Shown: positions 47,842 through 58,324 of the stretch, in pieces
Position numbering within the stretch: position 1 is the first letter of the stretch
Layout: each line of letters begins with the position of its first letter
Origin: an uncultured Pseudomonadota bacterium
GTDB lineage: Bacteria; Myxococcota_A; Polyangia; Fen-1088
NCBI GenBank assembly: GCA_963847705.1
Contig: CAWKBC010000027.1
Location: forward strand, 64,001 to 128,000
DNA length: 64,000 nucleotides
Direction: 5' to 3'
The notes under the pieces: generated by a model
Told to the model about the DNA's origin: nothing
Database searches by the model: none
Seen by the model: only the letters and a program-made list of their open reading frames with translations
Position numbers and translations under genes: made by a program

Positions 47842-50629
47842 ATGCAACCAGAGCCAGGCGTCGAGAATCGAGAGTGCGGACCGGCCGAGACGCCCTCTCT
47901 GCCGCGGGAAGCGACCTTGGCGCACGATCTCCTCCGGCAGGCGAGACCGCATCCGCTGGATCCCTTCTTTCGCCCACGCTCGGTGGCGGTGATCGGCGCG
48001 ACCGAGACGCCCCGCGGCGTCGGGCGGACGCTGCTCCACAACCTGATCTCGTCCCCATTCGGCGGGACGGTCTATCCAGTCAATCCGAAACGCGACAGCG
48101 TGCTCGGCATCAGGGCCTACCGCTCCATCGCCGATGTGCCGGCGGCCGTCGACCTGGCGGTCATCGTGACCCCGGCCGCGAGCGTTCCGGCGATCGTCGG
48201 GGAGTGCGCCGATCGCGGGGTCCCGGCGGCGGTCATCATCTCGGCCGGCTTTCACGAGACGGGGGCGGCGGGCGCGGCGCTCGAGCAGAAGGTGCTCGTC
48301 GAGGCCAGGCGGGGGCGGATGCGGATCGTGGGGCCCAACTGCCTTGGAATGATGAGCCCGCTGACCGGGCTCAACGCCACCTTCGCGGCCGGGATGGCCC
48401 TTCCGGGGAGCGTCGCGTTCTTGAGCCAGAGCGGCGCGCTCCTGACCGCGATCCTCGACTGGAGCCTGCGGGAGCGGGTGGGGTTCAGCGCGTTCGTGTC
48501 CTTGGGGGCGATGATCGACGTGGGGTGGGGCGATCTCATCGACTATCTCGGCGATGACCCGCGCACGCGCGCCATCGTGATCTACATGGAATCGATCGGC
48601 GACGCGCGCGCGTTTCTCTCGGCCGCGCGCGAGGTCGCGCTCTCGAAGCCGATCATCGTCATCAAGGCCGGGCGCTCCGAAGCGGCCAGCCGGGCGGCGG
48701 CCTCGCACACGGGGGCGCTGACCGGATCGGATGCCGTGCTCGACGCGGCGTTCAGGCGAAGTGGGGTTCTGCGCGTGACCGACATCGGCGACGTGTTTCG
48801 CTTGGCCGACGTGCTCGGCAGGCAGCCGCGCCCTCGGGGCCCGCGCCTCACCATCGTGACCAACGCCGGAGGGCCGGGCGTCCTGGCGACTGACGCGCTC
48901 GTCGCCGGGGGCGGGGAGCTGGCACCCCTTGGCGCCGAGGCGCGCGCTCGTCTCGACGCCGTGCTGCCGGCCGCCTGGAGTCACGCCAATCCGCTCGACA
49001 TCCTGGGTGACGCCGATCCCGCACGGTACGCGACGGCGCTTTCGCTGGCGGCGGACGATCCGACCAGCGACGGCTTGCTCGCCATCCTCACACCGCAGGA
49101 CATGACCGATCCGACGCTCACCGCGGAGGCGCTCTCCAAGTACGGGCATGTCGAGGGCAAGCCAGTCCTCGCCAGCTGGATGGGGGGCGCCGACGTCGCG
49201 GCCGGGGTCGACATCTTGAATCGGGCCGGCATCCCGACTTTCCCCTTTCCGGACGACGCCGCGCGCACCTTCTGTCAGATGTGGCGCTACTCCGACAACT
49301 TGCGCAGTCTCTACGAGACGCCCGAGCGTCGCCCCGACGCCGATCTCCGTCCCGAGGAGGCGCGGGCGATCATCGACGGCGCGCGGGCCGAGCGCCGCAC
49401 GCTGCTCGACGAGCACGAGTCGAAAGCTATTCTGGAGGCGTTCGGAATTCCCACCGCCACAACGCGCGTGGCGCGCGACGAAGTCGAGGCCGTCGCGGCG
49501 GCGCGCACCGTCGGTTTTCCGGTCGCTCTCAAGCTCTGGTCGCGGACCATCACCCACAAGACCGACGTCGGAGGCGTCAGGCTCGGCTTGCCTGACGAGG
49601 CAGCCGTGCGCGACGCCTTCCGACAGATCAAGGCCAGTGTAAGCGAGAAGGTCGGTGCCGAGCATTTTCTGGGCGTGACGGTCCAGACTTCGGTCGATCG
49701 TCGCGACAGCTACGAGTTGATCCTGGGCTGCTCGATTCGATCCCCAGCTCGGACCGGTGTTGCTCTTCGGGACGGGCGGGGAGCTCGTCGAGGTGTTCCG
49801 CGATCGGACCCTGGCGCTTCCCCCTCTCAACATGACGCTGGCCCGCCGTACCATCGCCGAGACGCGGATCTCCAGGGCGCTCGCCGGAGTCCGGGGACGC
49901 GCTCCCGTCGACCTCGACGCCCTGGCCTCGCTCCTGGTTCGGTTCGGCGACCTCGTGGTCAAGCAACCCCGTATTCGTGAGATCGACATCAACCCCCTCT
50001 TGGCCTCGGCGCGCGGTCTCTTGGCGCTGGACGCCCGCATCGTTCTCCACGATGAGACCATCACCGACGGTACTCTCCCCCGCCCGGTCATCCGGCCCTA
50101 CCCGGCGGAGCATGTCGCGGCGGTCACCGCGCGCGACGGGACGCCGCTGACCATTCGGCCGATCCGACCGGAGGACGAGCCGCTCCTGATCGCGTTTCAC
50201 CAGACGCTCAGTGAGGAGAGCATCCGGATGCGCTACATGCAGGGGATGAAGCTTGATGCGCGCACCGCCCATGAGCGCCTTCTTCGCATCTGCTTTCCCG
50301 ACTACGATCGCGAAATCGCTCTGGTCGCAGAGCACCGACCTAAAGGCGGGGGGGAGCGGGCCGTCGTCGCAGTCGGGCGCCTGAGCCGTGATCGGGTCGT
50401 GCGGTCGGAGGCGGAGTTCTCCTTGCTCGTCGCGGATCCCTGGCAAGGCCGCGGCGTCGGCCCCCAGGTTCTGGCGCGCCTCATCGAGGTGGCGCGCAGG
50501 GAGGGGATCGCACGAATTTACGCCGACATCTTGGAGTCCAACATGCGGATGCAGTGTCTCTGCGCGGGACTCGGGTTTGCGATCGGAAAGGCCGACGGCG
50601 GGGTAGTTCGCGCCGAACGAGAGATCTGA
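47842..50629 (+). CDS. Acyl-CoA synthetase (NDP-forming)-GNAT fusion, Pat/Pka-type acetyltransferase; +1 frameshift at ~49736
   Basis: [44 protein letters not shown]-grasp HKTDVGGV, then GNAT ([15 protein letters not shown]). Removing one T in TCGAT-T-CGAT restores [13 protein letters not shown]. Start uncertain. Confidence 0.88.
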
Positions 50630-50643
50630 TCCTCGACGGCTCT

Positions 50644-51372
50644 TCAGCCCCCCGAGGAGCGTTTGACGGCGAGCTGGACCCAGGAGACCACGCTCCCTGT
50701 GTCGAGAGGCTTCGCCAGCGTGTCGGCCTGTCCCAGATCTCTTTGGATCTCGTCCTGGAGGCCTTCCGCTTGCCCCGAAATGAAGAGAATCTGGATCGAT
50801 GGATCCCGCGCCCGCAGCTGGCGGGCAATCTCCATTCCGCTCGCGTCGGGCAAGCGATAGTCGAGGACGGCCGTCCGGAGACGCCGACGGTGCGCCAAAG
50901 CTTCGGCGGCCGTGTGACTCACGACGACCTCGTGTCCCGCCGCTGTGAGCGCCTCGGCGAGGTTTTCGGCGAGATTCACCTCGTCGTCCACCACCAGCGC
51001 CGCGGCCGGTCGCAGGGCAAGCGACTCAAAAGCCTCGACCAACGTCGGTAGCGGCACCGGCTTGGGTAGGAACAGCCAGGCCCCCGCGGCCCGCGATCGG
51101 TCGATCGTCGCCTCGTCTGTGTAGGCGCTCATCATCAGGACGGGAATTCTTTCGCCCCGACGCCGGAGCTCCTCGATCAGCTGAGCTCCGGTCTGGCCGG
51201 GAAGCTTGTAGTCGGTGACGACCGCTGTGATCCCACCTTGCGCGACCCGCTCGAGCCCAGCCTCTGCCGACCCGGCAACCTCGGTCTCGAATCCGATCCC
51301 TTGCAAGATCTCGGCGATGTTTTCGGCGAGCTCGATTTGATCGTCGACCACCAAGACGTGTCCGGACTTCAT
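50644..51372 (-). CDS. Response regulator with two tandem receiver domains and no output domain
   Basis: VLVVDD..VTDYKLP..LPKP and LVVDD..VLDYRLP..LAKP. Confidence 0.9.
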   Translation of the reverse strand: MKSGHVLVVDDQIELAENIAEILQGIGFETEVAGSAEAGLERVAQGGITAVVTDYKLPGQTGAQLIEELRRRGERIPVLMMSAYTDEATIDRSRAAGAWLFLPKPVPLPTLVEAFESLALRPAAALVVDDEVNLAENLAEALTAAGHEVVVSHTAAEALAHRRRLRTAVLDYRLPDASGMEIARQLRARDPSIQILFISGQAEGLQDEIQRDLGQADTLAKPLDTGSVVSWVQLAVKRSSGG

Positions 51373-51438
51373 GGGGTTCCCGCCTAACAACTAGATCACC
51401 GCCCGGCGCGGGTCAAACGACCAGCTGGTCGAAGGGCG

Positions 51439-51531
51439 GCGCATCCCTTGCGCCTGCCTGCGATTTCGTGCGCACGAATTGCGTCCCCAGGGCCCCCCGT
51501 GCGGCGGTCCCAGGCTGGCACGTCGCTCGCA
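51439..51531. promoter_or_regulatory. Paired palindromes plus sigma-54 promoter
   Basis: GCGCA-tccct-TGCGC (51439), GCGCA-cgaat-TGCGT (51470); TGGCACGTCGCTCGCA (51516-51531). Confidence 0.7.
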
Positions 51532-51544
51532 GCAGGCGTTGACC

Positions 51545-52009
51545 ATGAAAACTCGGACGATCGTTGCTTCGTCTACGCTGCTCGCCTGCGCCATCGCCGT
51601 CGCGCTGCTTCTGCGTCCCACCCGCTCGATTGTCCGCGGACCCGAGCTGGCCCCGCCGGAGCACATTCCCCCGGCGGCACGCGCCGTCATCGCCAGCAAG
51701 ATGCGCAGGCACGCTCAGCAGCTCCCCGTACTCGTGTCCGAGGTGGCCGTCCTCGACTACGACGGCGTGGCGAAAACAGCCGGTGAGATCTTCGACGAGC
51801 CGCAAATCGCCCGTCCCCTGACGGGGGACGAGCTCAACGGGCTCCTCCCCGAGCGGTTCTTCGTGTTACAGGATGCTCTGCGGATGTCTGCCCGCCAGGT
51901 CGTAGAGGCCGCCGCCCAGCGGGACAGTGGGCGATTGGCCGCGACGTTCGGCGAGCTGACGAAGACCTGCGTCTCTTGCCACGACGTCTACCTTCACGGC
52001 GCGCCCTAG
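51545..52009 (+). CDS. Class II cytochrome c (c'-like)
   Basis: N-terminal signal/TM, helical body, C-terminal CVSCH. Confidence 0.8.
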   Translation: MKTRTIVASSTLLACAIAVALLLRPTRSIVRGPELAPPEHIPPAARAVIASKMRRHAQQLPVLVSEVAVLDYDGVAKTAGEIFDEPQIARPLTGDELNGLLPERFFVLQDALRMSARQVVEAAAQRDSGRLAATFGELTKTCVSCHDVYLHGAP

Positions 52010-52902
52010 GCCCGCCGAAGGCGCGCCAAGGTTCCGAGGGACAGAAGGGCGACCAGCGGAATCCCCAAGAAGATGCTGGGCTGCACCAGCGTCAGCACCG
52101 CGAACAGCAGTCCGGCCGCCGTGAAAGTGACCGCGTGCCAGCACCATCTGCGCCCTTCGAGGGCGAGGATGCCGGAAGCGACGAACAGGGCGAACGTGAG
52201 GGCCCAGAGCAGGACCTGGACGTTGTCGCGGGTATTTGACACCGGCCGATCCTCGGCGCGCAGCTTGATGCCCTCCATCATCTTCCGCTCCATCGCGAAG
52301 TGAATCGGCTCAAAGATGCTTCGCTCGAAGCTGGCGCCTAGAAGGCCGAGGCTCCCGCGACCGCGGCCCCGCATGATGAGGCGTGACATGCCGGCGTCGA
52401 CGGGCTCCACGACGAAGGCCCAGGTGCCGTCCGGTTGATCGGTCAGTGCAGTGCCCGGCCGGCGCGTATAAAAAACCAGCGCGTGTCCGGAATCGTAACG
52501 GGCCAGCGGAGCTTGGCCTACGCCACCCGCTCGGTCTTGGGGATACATCCAAAGCTTGTCCCCCTCTTGCCAGTGCTGGAGCGCAGGGATCAGATAGTCG
52601 AGGTTCGTCATCTTGCAGCCGACGAGGTTTTCGAGGATCTCGTAGCTGTAGAAGCCGGCGCGGTCCTGGCCGATCTGCGCCACCCAGGGCCAGACCTGAC
52701 TGGCGGATGCATGAATCAGGACCGCTCGTGTTTCGCGAGGGGTCCCCAGCCAAAGGAGATTGTCGCCTGGAAGAGGGGCAGTCCTGAGTCTCTGGTCCGC
52801 ACCCCAGCTCAGGTACCAGGGGCGCGCGACCAGAAAGAAGGCCAGAAGTAGCCCAGAAAAGCAGGCCATCAGCGTGATGGCCCGAGCGGTGAGACCGCGC
52901 AC
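52006..52902 (-). CDS. SRPBCC-like membrane-associated protein
   Basis: WGA..LPGD..TRAVLI..VWPWVAQIGQDRAGFYSY..LENL..FAMERKMMEGIK plus C-terminal TMs. Confidence 0.7.
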   Translation of the reverse strand: MRGLTARAITLMACFSGLLLAFFLVARPWYLSWGADQRLRTAPLPGDNLLWLGTPRETRAVLIHASASQVWPWVAQIGQDRAGFYSYEILENLVGCKMTNLDYLIPALQHWQEGDKLWMYPQDRAGGVGQAPLARYDSGHALVFYTRRPGTALTDQPDGTWAFVVEPVDAGMSRLIMRGRGRGSLGLLGASFERSIFEPIHFAMERKMMEGIKLRAEDRPVSNTRDNVQVLLWALTFALFVASGILALEGRRWCWHAVTFTAAGLLFAVLTLVQPSIFLGIPLVALLSLGTLARLRRA

Positions 52903-52903
52903 G

Positions 52904-53257
52904 TTACTTCTCTGGGTTCATGGCTTCGTGCATCAGCCGCATTCCCTCCGCCATCTTCTGGAGTCGCGTCGCCATCGCCGCGTCGGGAGACGTCAGAGTG
53001 ATCGTGACGCCCTTGTCGACGTTTTTCACCGAGACCTTCGTTCCGGCCCCGCCCATCATCATCGGGCCCATCCCGCCCATCATGCCGCCGCCCATCATGC
53101 CGCCGCCCATCATGCCGCCGCATATCCCATCACCATGCTCGTGCCCGGCCGGCATCGAGGTTTGGGCCTTCGTCGTGGGGGCGCTCGTTTGGGCGATGGC
53201 CAGGCCACTGCCGATCACCACTGCCAGAAATACCGATACCAGGGAAGCGCGTCTCAT
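52904..53257 (-). CDS. Secreted His/Met/Gly-rich protein
   Basis: Signal peptide, HEHG..CGGMMGGGMMGGGMM, small C-terminal domain. Confidence 0.65.
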   Translation of the reverse strand: MRRASLVSVFLAVVIGSGLAIAQTSAPTTKAQTSMPAGHEHGDGICGGMMGGGMMGGGMMGGMGPMMMGGAGTKVSVKNVDKGVTITLTSPDAAMATRLQKMAEGMRLMHEAMNPEK

Positions 53258-53282
53258 GTTTGATCCTCTTCTTCGTGCGGGT

Positions 53283-54287
53283 TTAGGAATGACTGCGAAT
53301 TGCCTCGACGTGGGCCTCGATCTGAACCTGGTCCCCGACGACGACGCCGCCGACATCGAGATCCTGGTTCCACTTCAACCCAAATAGTCGCCGGTCGATG
53401 TGCCCCTTCACGGAATAGATGGCGCGCGCGGTCCCGTCGGCGCCGGCTTGCTCCTCGCGCCGGACGATCTCCAGATCGACGTCCCCTTCCGTCCCGTGCA
53501 GTTGCAGGCGCCCCCGCACGATGGGGTTGCTCCGGTCGGGCAGTCGGATCTCGGTGCTCGCGAAAACGGCGCGCGGGAACCGGGCGATGTCGAAGAACTC
53601 CGATGAGCGGACCTGTGCGTCGCGTGCGGGGTCGCCGGTGTTCACGCTATCGAGATCGACCCAGACTCGAATGCTGGAGTTGGTGGGATTGACCTCGTGC
53701 ACCGAGAGCGTCCCTCCCCAGCGTTTGAACTCTCCCTTGATCTCCTGGACCACGATGTGGCGGAGCGTCGAACGATCCGGATCGATTCTCCACTCCTGGG
53801 GTGAGGTCGGCGCCGTTGCGCCTCCACTCTTGCCCTCCGCCAGCGCTCGCCGAAGATGGGCCCCCACCACGTTCCCGAGCTGCCGGGCAGCCCAGGGATA
53901 GAGCAGGAGCTCCTCGCGGGCCGCGTGGGACCTGAGCTCCCCGACGAACGCACTCACCGTATCGAACGTAAGGCAGTGCAGGTCGAGGTCGATGGCGAGC
54001 TCTACGAGGCGGCCGCGGACTCGCGCATGCTCTGCCAGGATGTCCCGCGCTGCTGTCGGGTTCGACTTGCCGAATACGGGAAGGACGTGGACCTCTTCGG
54101 CGTTGAGATGGGCCAACAACTGGCGTTCGAACGTTCGCCAGGCGTCGCGAAGCTCGAGCGGCTCGTCACACGCCGACTCCTTGACGATCGCATCGAACAA
54201 CGCTTCGAGACGCTGGTGATCTCCACTCAGGATCGTCCGAATCGACTCTTCGAGGCCTGAAGGCTCGCTCATGTGTGGCATCGGCAT
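53283..54287 (-). CDS. Hemerythrin (HHE) domain fused to a YceI-like domain
   Basis: DHQRL, HLNAEE, EHARV, HAAREE; then WRIDP..SVNTG..RDAQVRS.EFFD..FP..G.LQLHG..IDRRLFGL.WN. Confidence 0.82.
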   Translation of the reverse strand: MPMPHMSEPSGLEESIRTILSGDHQRLEALFDAIVKESACDEPLELRDAWRTFERQLLAHLNAEEVHVLPVFGKSNPTAARDILAEHARVRGRLVELAIDLDLHCLTFDTVSAFVGELRSHAAREELLLYPWAARQLGNVVGAHLRRALAEGKSGGATAPTSPQEWRIDPDRSTLRHIVVQEIKGEFKRWGGTLSVHEVNPTNSSIRVWVDLDSVNTGDPARDAQVRSSEFFDIARFPRAVFASTEIRLPDRSNPIVRGRLQLHGTEGDVDLEIVRREEQAGADGTARAIYSVKGHIDRRLFGLKWNQDLDVGGVVVGDQVQIEAHVEAIRSHS

Positions 54288-54320
54288 GCTCCTGTTATCT
54301 GGCTTGGGGGTGCCATCGGC

Positions 54321-54719
54321 TCAGCGTCGCTCGAGCGTCTCGTGGAGCGCCTGCAGAGCGTCGATCGTGGTGAAGACCCCGACCACGTGCTCGTCTTCAC
54401 AGACGACGGCCGATCCGATCTTGTGTTCGATCATGGCCTCTACGACCTCAGCGATGGGTGTGTCCGGGCCGACCGTGAACACGTTCTGGACCATCGCTTC
54501 CTCGACCCGAACGTCGGTTGGGTTGACGTTCGGGAGAGATTCGACGAGGAAGAGGTCCCGTTCCGAGAGCTGTCCAACGATCCGGCCACCGTCCAGAACG
54601 GGCAGATGCCGCACTTGGTGCTGGACCATGATTCGCCGAGCCGCGGCCACAGAGCTCGTCGGTCCGATGGTGTGAGGCGTCGGCGTCATGTATTGGCGCA
54701 CGACCGGGAACTGATGCAC
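54321..54719 (-). CDS. CBS-domain protein (AcuB-like)
   Basis: VRQYMTPTP, VRHLPVL, KIGSAVV, GVFTTIDAL. Confidence 0.87.
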   Translation of the reverse strand: MHQFPVVRQYMTPTPHTIGPTSSVAAARRIMVQHQVRHLPVLDGGRIVGQLSERDLFLVESLPNVNPTDVRVEEAMVQNVFTVGPDTPIAEVVEAMIEHKIGSAVVCEDEHVVGVFTTIDALQALHETLERR

Positions 54720-54803
54720 GGATTCTCGAGCTGTCGTCCTGGAGTGGGCGAACGCCGGGAACCGATCCACGGGATTTTGAGCTTTGGTCACGGAGTGGGT
54801 CAA

Positions 54804-54944
54804 CGCAACGGGAGTGCCAACCCCGGAACGCTCACCGTTCGCCGCTCGAGTGCGCAGTTCCTGCGCTTGATTCCTCTCAGGGGTGAAAGGAATGCGGGAA
54901 TTCGAAGCGCTCGTGGCCAGGCGCTGTGGGGAACGGCAGTTGCA
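54804..54944. promoter_or_regulatory. Divergent sigma-54 promoters with central paired palindromes
   Basis: Minus 54804-54819 TGGCACTCCCGTTGCG; GCGCA-gttcc-TGCGC (54852), GTGAA-aggaa-TGCGG (54883); plus 54929-54944 GGGAACGGCAGTTGCA. Confidence 0.68.
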
Positions 54945-54976
54945 GAGCTAGCCGGCAAGCCGAAAGGAGGCTGCCC

Positions 54977-55351
54977 ATGTTCGCTCGTTCCCTCGCCATT
55001 CTGATCTCTCCCTGGTTGCCCTGCGCCGCGCTGATTCTCCCCTTTGGTCGGGCGCACACCGTCAACGCTTTCCTGGCGGGCACACTGGCCGTCGTGCTCT
55101 CCGCGTTTTCGCTGACGAGCGAAAGGGTCGGGTCGCTGGTGAGCGCAATCGGTATCTGGGTGGCCTTGACCGCCTTCATCTTCCCCTCGACGCTCCTCGA
55201 AGAGGTGGTCGTCGTCTCCTGGGGCGTTGTGGTGTTCATTTGTATGTTCGCGCCATTCCGCGAGCCGGTCGGGGCGACCGAGGTCGCGATCGTGCCCGTG
55301 ACCCAACCCGCGTTCGTCCAGACGGCAAGCGAGCTCACGCGGGCTGCGTAG
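54977..55351 (+). CDS. Small membrane protein (SPW-repeat-like)
   Basis: Four hydrophobic segments; AGGAGG RBS. Confidence 0.6.
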   Translation: MFARSLAILISPWLPCAALILPFGRAHTVNAFLAGTLAVVLSAFSLTSERVGSLVSAIGIWVALTAFIFPSTLLEEVVVVSWGVVVFICMFAPFREPVGATEVAIVPVTQPAFVQTASELTRAA

Positions 55352-55370
55352 TCGATGGGGCCCGGTCCCT

Positions 55371-55386
55371 TGGCACCGGAGGTGCA
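55371..55386 (+). promoter_or_regulatory. Sigma-54 promoter for the sigma-70 gene
   Basis: TGGCACCGGAGGTGCA. Confidence 0.62.
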
Positions 55387-55399
55387 GTCGGGGGAGGAG

Positions 55400-56113
55400 A
55401 TGATCCTCCAGCTTTTGGGAACCGAGCGGACGAGACCCTTGTCGACAGATGAGCAAGCGCGGCTCATCTCCGCTTACCGGGACACGAAGGACCCTCGGAT
55501 CGAACAGCGGCTCATCGAGACGAACCTTCGTCTGGTGGCCAAGATTGCGCACCAACTCGATCGAACAGGTGGCCGGTCTCTGGAAGACCTGTTCCAGGAA
55601 GGTTGTCTGGGGCTCGTCCAGGCGATCCGCCGCTTTGACCCGACTCGGGGAGCGCGACTCTCGACCTACGCCACGCTGTGGATCCGGGCCTTCATCTTCA
55701 AGTACGCGATGGATAACGTACGGGAGGTGAGGGTGGTGCGGACGCGAGCCGCGCGAGCGGCCGTTTTTCAGGGCTGCGTCGGCTCTACGGAAATCTCACT
55801 GGATGCACCCGCGCACCCCGATGGGGCTCCGTTCGGCGACTCCTTCGCCGATCCGGCGACGCCCGTCGATCGGCGGTTCGAGACCGCGGAGCTTGTCCGT
55901 CTGACGCGGCAATCGGTCGGGAGGCTGGAGAATCAGCTGGAGGGCCGCGACCTCATGATCCTGCAGGAGCGCCTACTGGCCGACGAACCGACCCCCTTGA
56001 GGGCGCCGGCCAAGCGTGTGTCGCTCTCGGGCGAACGGGTGCGGCAGATCGAGGGGGAGTTCCGGACGGCGATTCGCGACGATCTCGAGCCGAGGCAACG
56101 GATAGCGGCCTGA
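55400..56113 (+). CDS. RpoH/SigB-like sigma-70 factor, shortened
   Basis: NLRLVAKIA, DLFQEGCLGLVQAIRRFDP.RG.RLSTYA.WIRA, ISLDAP, ERVRQIE. Confidence 0.85.
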   Translation: MILQLLGTERTRPLSTDEQARLISAYRDTKDPRIEQRLIETNLRLVAKIAHQLDRTGGRSLEDLFQEGCLGLVQAIRRFDPTRGARLSTYATLWIRAFIFKYAMDNVREVRVVRTRAARAAVFQGCVGSTEISLDAPAHPDGAPFGDSFADPATPVDRRFETAELVRLTRQSVGRLENQLEGRDLMILQERLLADEPTPLRAPAKRVSLSGERVRQIEGEFRTAIRDDLEPRQRIAA

Positions 56114-56120
56114 GGCTCGC

Positions 56121-57722
56121 ATGTCGGATTCCTGGCCCGATATCGTCCACGATCTTTTGAGGCCCGAGGCGTATGGGTTGGCCTCGGGGGAGGTCACGCT
56201 GCGGACGACCCATGCCTCCTGGGTCTTCCTGACCGAGCGCGACGTCTGGAAGCTGAAACGCCCGGTGGACCTCGGCTTTCTCGATTTTCGGGACGTCGAG
56301 TCCCGCCATCAGGCCTGCGAGGACGAGGTCAGGCTGAATCGACGGCTGGCGCCAGATGTCTATCTCGGGGTCGAGCCCGTTCACCGGACCGCCCGCGGCC
56401 ATGCACTCTCGGGCGGTGGCCCGGTCGTCGACTGGGCTGTCCACATGCGGCGACTGCCCGACACCGCAAGTGCGGCCTCGCTTTTGGAACAGGGGCGCCT
56501 CGACGCCAGGTCACTTGGGACGGTCGCCGTGCGCCTCGCCGACTTTCTGCGGGGGGCCCGGCCGGCCCCTGACTTCGGCAAGATCGCCACGCTCGGTCGG
56601 AACCTGGACGAGAACTTTGCCCAAGTCGCCCCCTTCGTCGGGGATCTCCTCGATCAGGAGACCTTCGACGACGTCCAGGCCTTCCAGCGGGAGGAGCTGA
56701 CCCGGAACGCAGCGCGGTTCGTGGAGCGCGTCGCGGAGAATCGCGTGCGCGAAGGACATGGCGATCTTCGCCTGGAGCACGTCTATCTTCTTCCTACGAA
56801 AGAGGGCCCGCCGCAGCCTGTGGTCATCGACTGTATCGAGTTCGCGGAGCGCTTCCGTTGCGGAGATTCGGCAGCCGAGCTGGCTTTTCTTTCCATGGAG
56901 TTAGAATCGGCGGGCCGTCCGGATCTGGCGGCCGGTTTCCTGGCCCGCTATGCCGAGGCCAGCGACGATTTTGGGCTCTACGGCGTCCTCGATTTCTATC
57001 TCTCCTATCGGGCGTGGGTTCGGGGCAAGGTGGCGGCGTTCGTGGCAGTCGATCCGTCGACTCCATCCGCGCGACGCGCTTCGAAACGGGAGGAGGCTCG
57101 CCGCCTCTTCGGGCTCGCCCGCTCCTTTTCGGGCTCGCCGCTCGACCGGCCGTTTCTGATCGCCGTGGGCGGTTTGATCGGAAGCGGCAAGAGCACGCTC
57201 GCCGCCGAGCTCGGGCGGGAGCTGGCCGCCCCGGTGGTCAGCTCCGATCGCACACGCAAGCTGTCGGCGGGCCTGCCGCTGACCAGCCGCGCGGATACCA
57301 AGCTTTACGAGGAAAGCGAGCGGGAGCGGACATACGGAGAAATCATTCGCCGCGCCAGCCGGGTCGTCGACTCGGGTCGTGGGGTCATTCTGGACGCGAC
57401 CTTTTCGACCCACCGCTGGCGCCAACTTGCCGCGGACGCCGCGCACGCCGCGCAGGCGACCTTCGTCTTCCTGGAGGCACGTTGCCGCCCGGACCTACTT
57501 CACGGACGGCTGGCCCAGCGCCGCGAGAAACCGTCCGTCTCGGACGCGACCGAGGCGTTGCTCGAGTCATTTTTGCGAGAATACGAGCCCCTGACCTCGC
57601 GCGATCCCCAGTCGCGCTTCGTGGTCGAGACGGACAGGACCCCAGAGACGGCCACCGGAGATGCGCTGCGGCAGCTGGCGGCGATGGGGATTCTCGCGGC
57701 AGGGGCACGGCGCGCCTCCTGA
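56121..57722 (+). CDS. Aminoglycoside-phosphotransferase-like plus AAA_33 P-loop kinase fusion (Rv2004c-like)
   Basis: THASWVFL, KLKRPVDLGFLDF, EVRLNRRLAP, HGDLRL, DCIEF, GLIGSGKST. Confidence 0.88.
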   Translation: MSDSWPDIVHDLLRPEAYGLASGEVTLRTTHASWVFLTERDVWKLKRPVDLGFLDFRDVESRHQACEDEVRLNRRLAPDVYLGVEPVHRTARGHALSGGGPVVDWAVHMRRLPDTASAASLLEQGRLDARSLGTVAVRLADFLRGARPAPDFGKIATLGRNLDENFAQVAPFVGDLLDQETFDDVQAFQREELTRNAARFVERVAENRVREGHGDLRLEHVYLLPTKEGPPQPVVIDCIEFAERFRCGDSAAELAFLSMELESAGRPDLAAGFLARYAEASDDFGLYGVLDFYLSYRAWVRGKVAAFVAVDPSTPSARRASKREEARRLFGLARSFSGSPLDRPFLIAVGGLIGSGKSTLAAELGRELAAPVVSSDRTRKLSAGLPLTSRADTKLYEESERERTYGEIIRRASRVVDSGRGVILDATFSTHRWRQLAADAAHAAQATFVFLEARCRPDLLHGRLAQRREKPSVSDATEALLESFLREYEPLTSRDPQSRFVVETDRTPETATGDALRQLAAMGILAAGARRAS

Positions 57723-57732
57723 GCCGGAATTC

Positions 57733-57855
57733 GCGCAGATTGTGCGCGCGGCTCCCCCGATGGCGCATTCCCTGCAGCCAATGTGTGAGAGGACACTCGT
57801 CGCCCGCCGCCACCCGGCGTCACTCGCCGTCTTGGGCGCTGGTCCGGTCGTTGCA
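57733..57855 (+). promoter_or_regulatory. Paired palindromes plus sigma-54 promoter of the usp-activator-usp operon
   Basis: GCGCA-gattg-TGCGC (57733), GCGCA-ttccc-TGCAG (57763); TGGTCCGGTCGTTGCA (57840-57855). Confidence 0.72.
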
Positions 57856-57867
57856 CTCTAGGCCGGC

Positions 57868-58317
57868 ATGACAAGCGCAGTGAGAAGGATTCTGGTCGCC
57901 ACGGACTTTTCCGATGGGAGCGATGAGGTCATCGCCCAGGCGATCGAGCTGGGCAAGCAGACCAACGCTGTCGTGGAGGTCGTTTATGTCAGAGAGGTCG
58001 GCGGCGGCGACTCCGCGTTCGGACCCCTCTATCCAGATGACGCCACCGGCGTCACCGCCCGCGTCGATCTCGAGCTCGCGCGGTGCCGCGATCGCGTGAC
58101 CGCTGCGGGGCTGCAGTGCCACTATCGATGTCTCGACGGGAGCGCGGCCAACGAGATTGTCTACCGTGCCGAGGAAACGAAGGCCGACCTCATCGTCATC
58201 GGCACGCACGGTTGGCGCGGGCTCACCCACGCGGTGCTGGGGAGCGTGGCCGAACGGGTGGTGCAGCACGCGACCTGCCCGGTCCTCTCGGTTCCCATCT
58301 CCAAGAACGCCGCGTAG
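57868..58317 (+). CDS. Universal stress protein
   Basis: ILVATDFS, LIVIGTHG..LGSVAERVV..CPVL. Confidence 0.93.
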   Translation: MTSAVRRILVATDFSDGSDEVIAQAIELGKQTNAVVEVVYVREVGGGDSAFGPLYPDDATGVTARVDLELARCRDRVTAAGLQCHYRCLDGSAANEIVYRAEETKADLIVIGTHGWRGLTHAVLGSVAERVVQHATCPVLSVPISKNAA

Positions 58318-58324
58318 GCGTACC

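Noticed and set aside
49730-49760. Split acyl-CoA synthetase and GNAT as two genes
   Set aside because: Removing one T restores a continuous Pat-type protein; no slippery sequence is present.
51440-51455. Minus-strand sigma-54 promoter for the dual-receiver gene
   Set aside because: The GG/GC spacing fits, but the sequence is better explained as a perfect enhancer palindrome.
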